A stretch of 64,000 nt of DNA. It comes from Thermoanaerobaculia bacterium (lineage in GTDB: Bacteria > Acidobacteriota > Thermoanaerobaculia > Multivoradales > Multivoraceae). The stretch covers positions 6,368,001-6,432,000 of the forward strand of contig OY761158.1 in assembly GCA_963664405.1 (NCBI GenBank), in the 5' to 3' direction. Each line of letters starts with the position of its first letter. Position 1 is the stretch's first letter. Below the pieces are notes generated by a model. That model did not search any database, was not told the DNA's origin, and worked only from the letters and a program-made list of their open reading frames with translations. Below are positions 60,435-64,000 of this stretch, piece after piece. A program made the translations under genes and the position numbers.

Positions 60435-60665
60435 TCAGGATTGGGTGGCGTCGTTGCCGAGAGACAAGAGCTCCCCGGCCTGCGAGTGCTCTCGCTCCGC
60501 CCGTTTCGGGCAGGTGGCGCAGAGCAGCGACTCGCCGTTGGGGCCGACGATGTCGGGGCCGCCACACGATCCGCGAAGGCAGCGTCCGCTGAAGATGACG
60601 CCTACCGACATCATCAGCATGATGATGCCCATGAGAGACACTGTGAGTAGGATCATCGTGGCCAT
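60435..60665 (-). CDS. nqrM: Na+-NQR maturation protein NqrM-like
   Basis: Single TM, MSVGVI...L.GSCGG and C..C; located after apbE in nqr context. Confidence 0.7.
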   Translation of the reverse strand: MATMILLTVSLMGIIMLMMSVGVIFSGRCLRGSCGGPDIVGPNGESLLCATCPKRAEREHSQAGELLSLGNDATQS

Positions 60666-60680
60666 CTGGGAACGACTAGT

Positions 60681-61240
60681 CTAACGTTCTTGGCCGGCGA
60701 AGCGACCGAAGGCGGAGCTCTCGAGCTCGCTCACGCCGTCTGCGTCGTAAACCAGGAGCAACACGGCCAGACCTTCTTGCTCCGCGAGCCGGAGTCCCTC
60801 CTCGGGCCCCAGCACCATCATCGCGGTGGCCCAGGCATCGGCGACCGCGCAGCGGGGGTGAATGACGGTGGCCGACGCCAGCGAGTGTGAGACCGGACGC
60901 CCGGTGCGCGGGTCGATGGTGTGGGAGTAGCGTCTACCGTGTCGCTCATAGAAGTTGCGATAGTCGCCCGAGGTGGCCATCGCCTCGCCCGACAGCTCGA
61001 CAATGCGCTGTACCTTCCGGGAGCCCGGCTGCGGACTCTCGATGGCCAGCCGCCAGGCCCCGCCTTCGGCGCGCTCCCCTGCGCTTCGTACCTCACCTCC
61101 CACCTCGACCAGGAAGCGGTCGTAGCCTTGCTCCCGGAGGCGAAGAGCGATGAGGTCGACCGCCCACCCCTTGGCGATGCCGGAGAGATCGGCGTAGATC
61201 TCGGGGTTGTCTTTGGTCGCCGTCCGCTCGCCCGGATCCA
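60681..61240 (-). pseudogene. apbE: 3' part of the FAD:protein FMN transferase ApbE (5' part deleted)
   Basis: DLSGIAKGWAVD, VEVGGE, ATSGDYRNF, YSHTIDPRTG and ADAWATA; no N-terminal half. Confidence 0.88.
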
Positions 61241-61894
61241 GGCTTGGTCCCCGGAGATCTCCGTCGGATAGGCGAAGAAGAGAAAGACTCGCGAGGCGAG
61301 TGCGGGGTTGAGAATGTTCATCCCGGTGCCGCCGAAGACTTCTTTGGCTAGAACGACGCCGAAGCTGATTCCGAGCGCCACCTGCCATAGCGGGATGGTG
61401 GGGGGCAGGATCAAGGGGAAGAGCATGCCGGTAACCAGGAAACCCTCGTTGATCTCGTGGCGCCGGATCATGGCGAAGGCCCCTTCCCAGAGTCCGCCGA
61501 CCATGAAGGTGACCAAGAGCACCGGCAGGTAGTAGAGGCTGCCGTGCGCTACGCAGGCCAGTAGGTCAGTAGAGGAAAAGGGGAGTCCGAGCACGGTCAT
61601 CACATCGCTCTGCCAGGTCGCGAGCGGCGCGGCTCCGCCCTCGATGGCGCGGTGGGCTTGCAGGCCCGTGTTGTACATGGCCATGCAGGCACAGGGGATC
61701 AGGGCCACGACCACGGTCATCATCATCCGCTTGAGATCGAGCGCGTCACGAACATGGGAAGCGGCGCGCGTGGTCTTGCCCGGCGTATACAGAATGGTGT
61801 CGATCGCCTCGTAGAAAGGGAAGAGGCGCGGAAAGCGACCGCCCTCCTCGAAGAGGGGAGCCACCCGGTCGAGCAGATTACGTAGAGGCTTCAT
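61235..61894 (-). pseudogene. nqrB: 5' part of NqrB, truncated and joined to the apbE remnant
   Basis: HVRDALDLKRMM, EINEGFLVT, KEVFGGTGMNILNPAL and AYP..ISGD, after which homology stops. Confidence 0.9.
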
Positions 61895-61895
61895 C

Positions 61896-62612
61896 TCAGC
61901 CCTCCGCCTCGAGCTCGTCGAGCACGGCGCGCAGATGGGGCCCGTAGTCGACCTTGGACGGGCAGACAAAGGTGCAGAGCGCCAGGTCCTCTTCTTCGAG
62001 CTCGAGGGCACCGAGCTCGGCGGCGCGATCGATGTCGCCCATGACCACGGCTTTGAGGAGGAAGGAAGGTTCGATGTCGAGCGGCATCACTCGCTCATAA
62101 AGACCGATGGGAATGATCGCCCGATCCGAGCCGTGTGTCGTAGTGGTCATGGCGAACTTCTTCTCGGGGAGCAACTTCGACAGAAACGTTCTGGAGGTGG
62201 AGAAGAGCTCGCGTCCGGGACTGAGCCAGCCGAGGAGCTCTCTTTGATCGCCCTCGCCGAGGACCGAAATCTGCTGATGGTAGCGCCCCAGAAAGCCCTC
62301 GGTCGCGCCCTCGGCACGTCGGCCCGAGAGGACGGAGCCGGAGACCACTCGGTGCTGCCCCTCGACCAACTCGCCGCGGACCAGGTCTGCTGTTGCAGCC
62401 CCCAGGCGGGTCCGCAGGAGTCGCGGATCGCGCACCGACGGACCGCAGAGAGCGACGATCCTCTCACTGCTCAGCTCACCGGTGGCGAAGAGACGGCCGA
62501 TCGCGGTCACGTCCTGGAGACCGACATACCAGACGAGTTTGTCCTGGTGGACCGGGTCGAGAAGATGAATATGAACGCCCACGGTGCCGGAAGGGTGCGG
62601 GCCGCTGAATTG
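61896..62612 (-). pseudogene. nqrA: 3' half of NqrA (5' half missing)
   Basis: FSGPHPSG.VG.HIH, SGSVLSGR, FLGRYH.Q, LGALELEEEDLALCTFVCPSK..YG; no valid upstream portion before valS. Confidence 0.88.
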
Positions 62613-62734
62613 GTGGTCCTGAAAGGGCTCTGTCGGTGCTTGTTCTGACGTGCGCGGACGGGTATCGTTCGCCAGCCGGGAAGGTGGATGACGGACGTCC
62701 GCGGGGGCGGAAGATAGACCTCTGGGTGGTATGA

Positions 62735-64000
62735 ATGAAAGAGATACCGAAGAAGTACGACCACCGCTCTGTCGAAGAGCAGTGGCGACGGCAATGGGAG
62801 GAGTCCGGGCTCTATCGCTGGGACCCTGAGCGCCCTCGAGACGAGAGCTTCGTGGTGGACTCTCCGCCTCTCACCGTTTCGGGCTCTTTGCACGTGGGGC
62901 ACGCTTTCAGCTACACCCACCAGGATCTTCTGGTGCGATACCGCCGTATGCAGGGGCTCAACATCGCATACCCGATGGGGTGGGATGACAATGGACTCCC
63001 GACCGAACGGCGGGTCCAGAACGTTTTCGGTGTCCGTCCAAACCCCAAGCTGCCCTATGACCCGGCCTGGCGTCCTCGGCGCGATAAGAAGAAAGACGAG
63101 GGGGTGGAAGAGATCTCGCGTCTGAATTTCGTCGAGGCCTGCAGTGTGCTCACGGAAGGCGACGAGGAGGCATTTGCCGAGAGCTGGCGCCAGCTGGGTC
63201 TCTCGGTCGATTGGGCGCTGAGCTACGCCACGATCGACCCGCACTGCCGCCGGATCTCTCAGCTTTCTTTCCTCGACCTGTTCCGCAAGGGAAAGGTCTA
63301 CCAGAGCTTCGCGCCGACGATGTGGGATGTGGACTTGCGCACCGCTGTGGCCCAGGCTGAGGTCGAGGACCGGGATCGTAAGGGAGCGTTTCATGACCTT
63401 CGCTTCGCGGTCGATGGCGGTGGCGAGGTCGTGATCTCGACCACTCGTCCGGAGCTTCTCGGGGCTTGTATCGCGGTGGTAGCCCACCCCGACGACGGGC
63501 GCTACAGCGATTTCTTTGGCAAGACGGCAGTGACCCCGCTGTTCCACTCTCCGGTGCCGATTCTCCCGGCTGAGCACGCGGACCCGGAAAAGGGCACCGG
63601 CATTCTGATGGTGTGTACTTTCGGCGATGTGATGGACGTGGAGTACTGGAAGCGTTCGGGGATGGCTCATAAGCAGCTCGTCGGCGCCGATGGCAGGATG
63701 ATGGAGGTCGACTACGGCAGCTCTCCTTTCGGGAGTCGTGAGCCCGAGCTGGCCCGTCGCTCCTGGGCCGATCTTGCCGGGCTGACCGTGGTTCAAGCCC
63801 GGCGCAAGATCGTGGAGATGCTCGCGGCACCGGACTCCGCGGTCGGTGGCGGAGGGCCGGCGATGGTCGGAGAGCCGAAACCCACCGAGCACGCGGTCAA
63901 GTTTTACGAAAAGGGTGATCGTCCTCTCGAGTTCTTGCCCACTCGTCAGTGGTTCATCCGCATCTTGGACGCAAAGCAAGAGCTGATCGCGCAGGGGCGA
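62735..64000 (+). CDS. valS: Valyl-tRNA synthetase (5' part; runs off the window)
   Basis: Translated by hand: MKEIPKKYD...DSPPLTVSGSLHVGH (HIGH), GWDDNGLPTERRV, TTRPELL and KGTGILMVCTFGD. Confidence 0.95.
   Translation, partial: MKEIPKKYDHRSVEEQWRRQWEESGLYRWDPERPRDESFVVDSPPLTVSGSLHVGHAFSYTHQDLLVRYRRMQGLNIAYPMGWDDNGLPTERRVQNVFGVRPNPKLPYDPAWRPRRDKKKDEGVEEISRLNFVEACSVLTEGDEEAFAESWRQLGLSVDWALSYATIDPHCRRISQLSFLDLFRKGKVYQSFAPTMWDVDLRTAVAQAEVEDRDRKGAFHDLRFAVDGGGEVVISTTRPELLGACIAVVAHPDDGRYSDFFGKTAVTPLFHSPVPILPAEHADPEKGTGILMVCTFGDVMDVEYWKRSGMAHKQLVGADGRMMEVDYGSSPFGSREPELARRSWADLAGLTVVQARRKIVEMLAAPDSAVGGGGPAMVGEPKPTEHAVKFYEKGDRPLEFLPTRQWFIRILDAKQELIAQGR

Noticed and set aside
62507-63979. 490-aa minus-strand ORF
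   Set aside because: Antisense to valS, which has clear motifs on the plus strand

Overview
High-GC bacterial DNA whose gene content (tandem VWFA-related proteins, PadR plus ADOP-type permease, PQQ-like beta-propellers) points to Acidobacteriota; this is inferred, not tested. Housekeeping genes (trkA/trkH, fcl, htpG, class I fumarase, valS) are mixed with many mobile elements and decaying genes. The most striking region is 26.8-33.3 kb, where a Y1/HUH (IS200/RAYT-like) transposase lies between two copies of a short 16-bp motif. One motif copy is split by three nested group II introns. An ORF-less outer intron (28014-33261) carries a 477-bp TIR/TSD element in domain II and a second intron (28959-32873) in domain III. 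The reverse transcriptase of that second intron is interrupted immediately after its YADD codons by a third intron (30349-32230). The third intron's EBS1/EBS2 match the YADD-coding DNA exactly, while its own RT reads FADD with a non-matching sequence. Other notable items: six 166-244 bp palindromic elements share one core but have three different terminal stems, and they supply the stop codons of five genes; an ACP-KS-KS-like-type III PKS cluster is bracketed by two of these elements; a Na+-NQR operon has been reduced to a relic by two deletions; an ADOP permease is frameshifted; and there are several gene fragments and chimeras.
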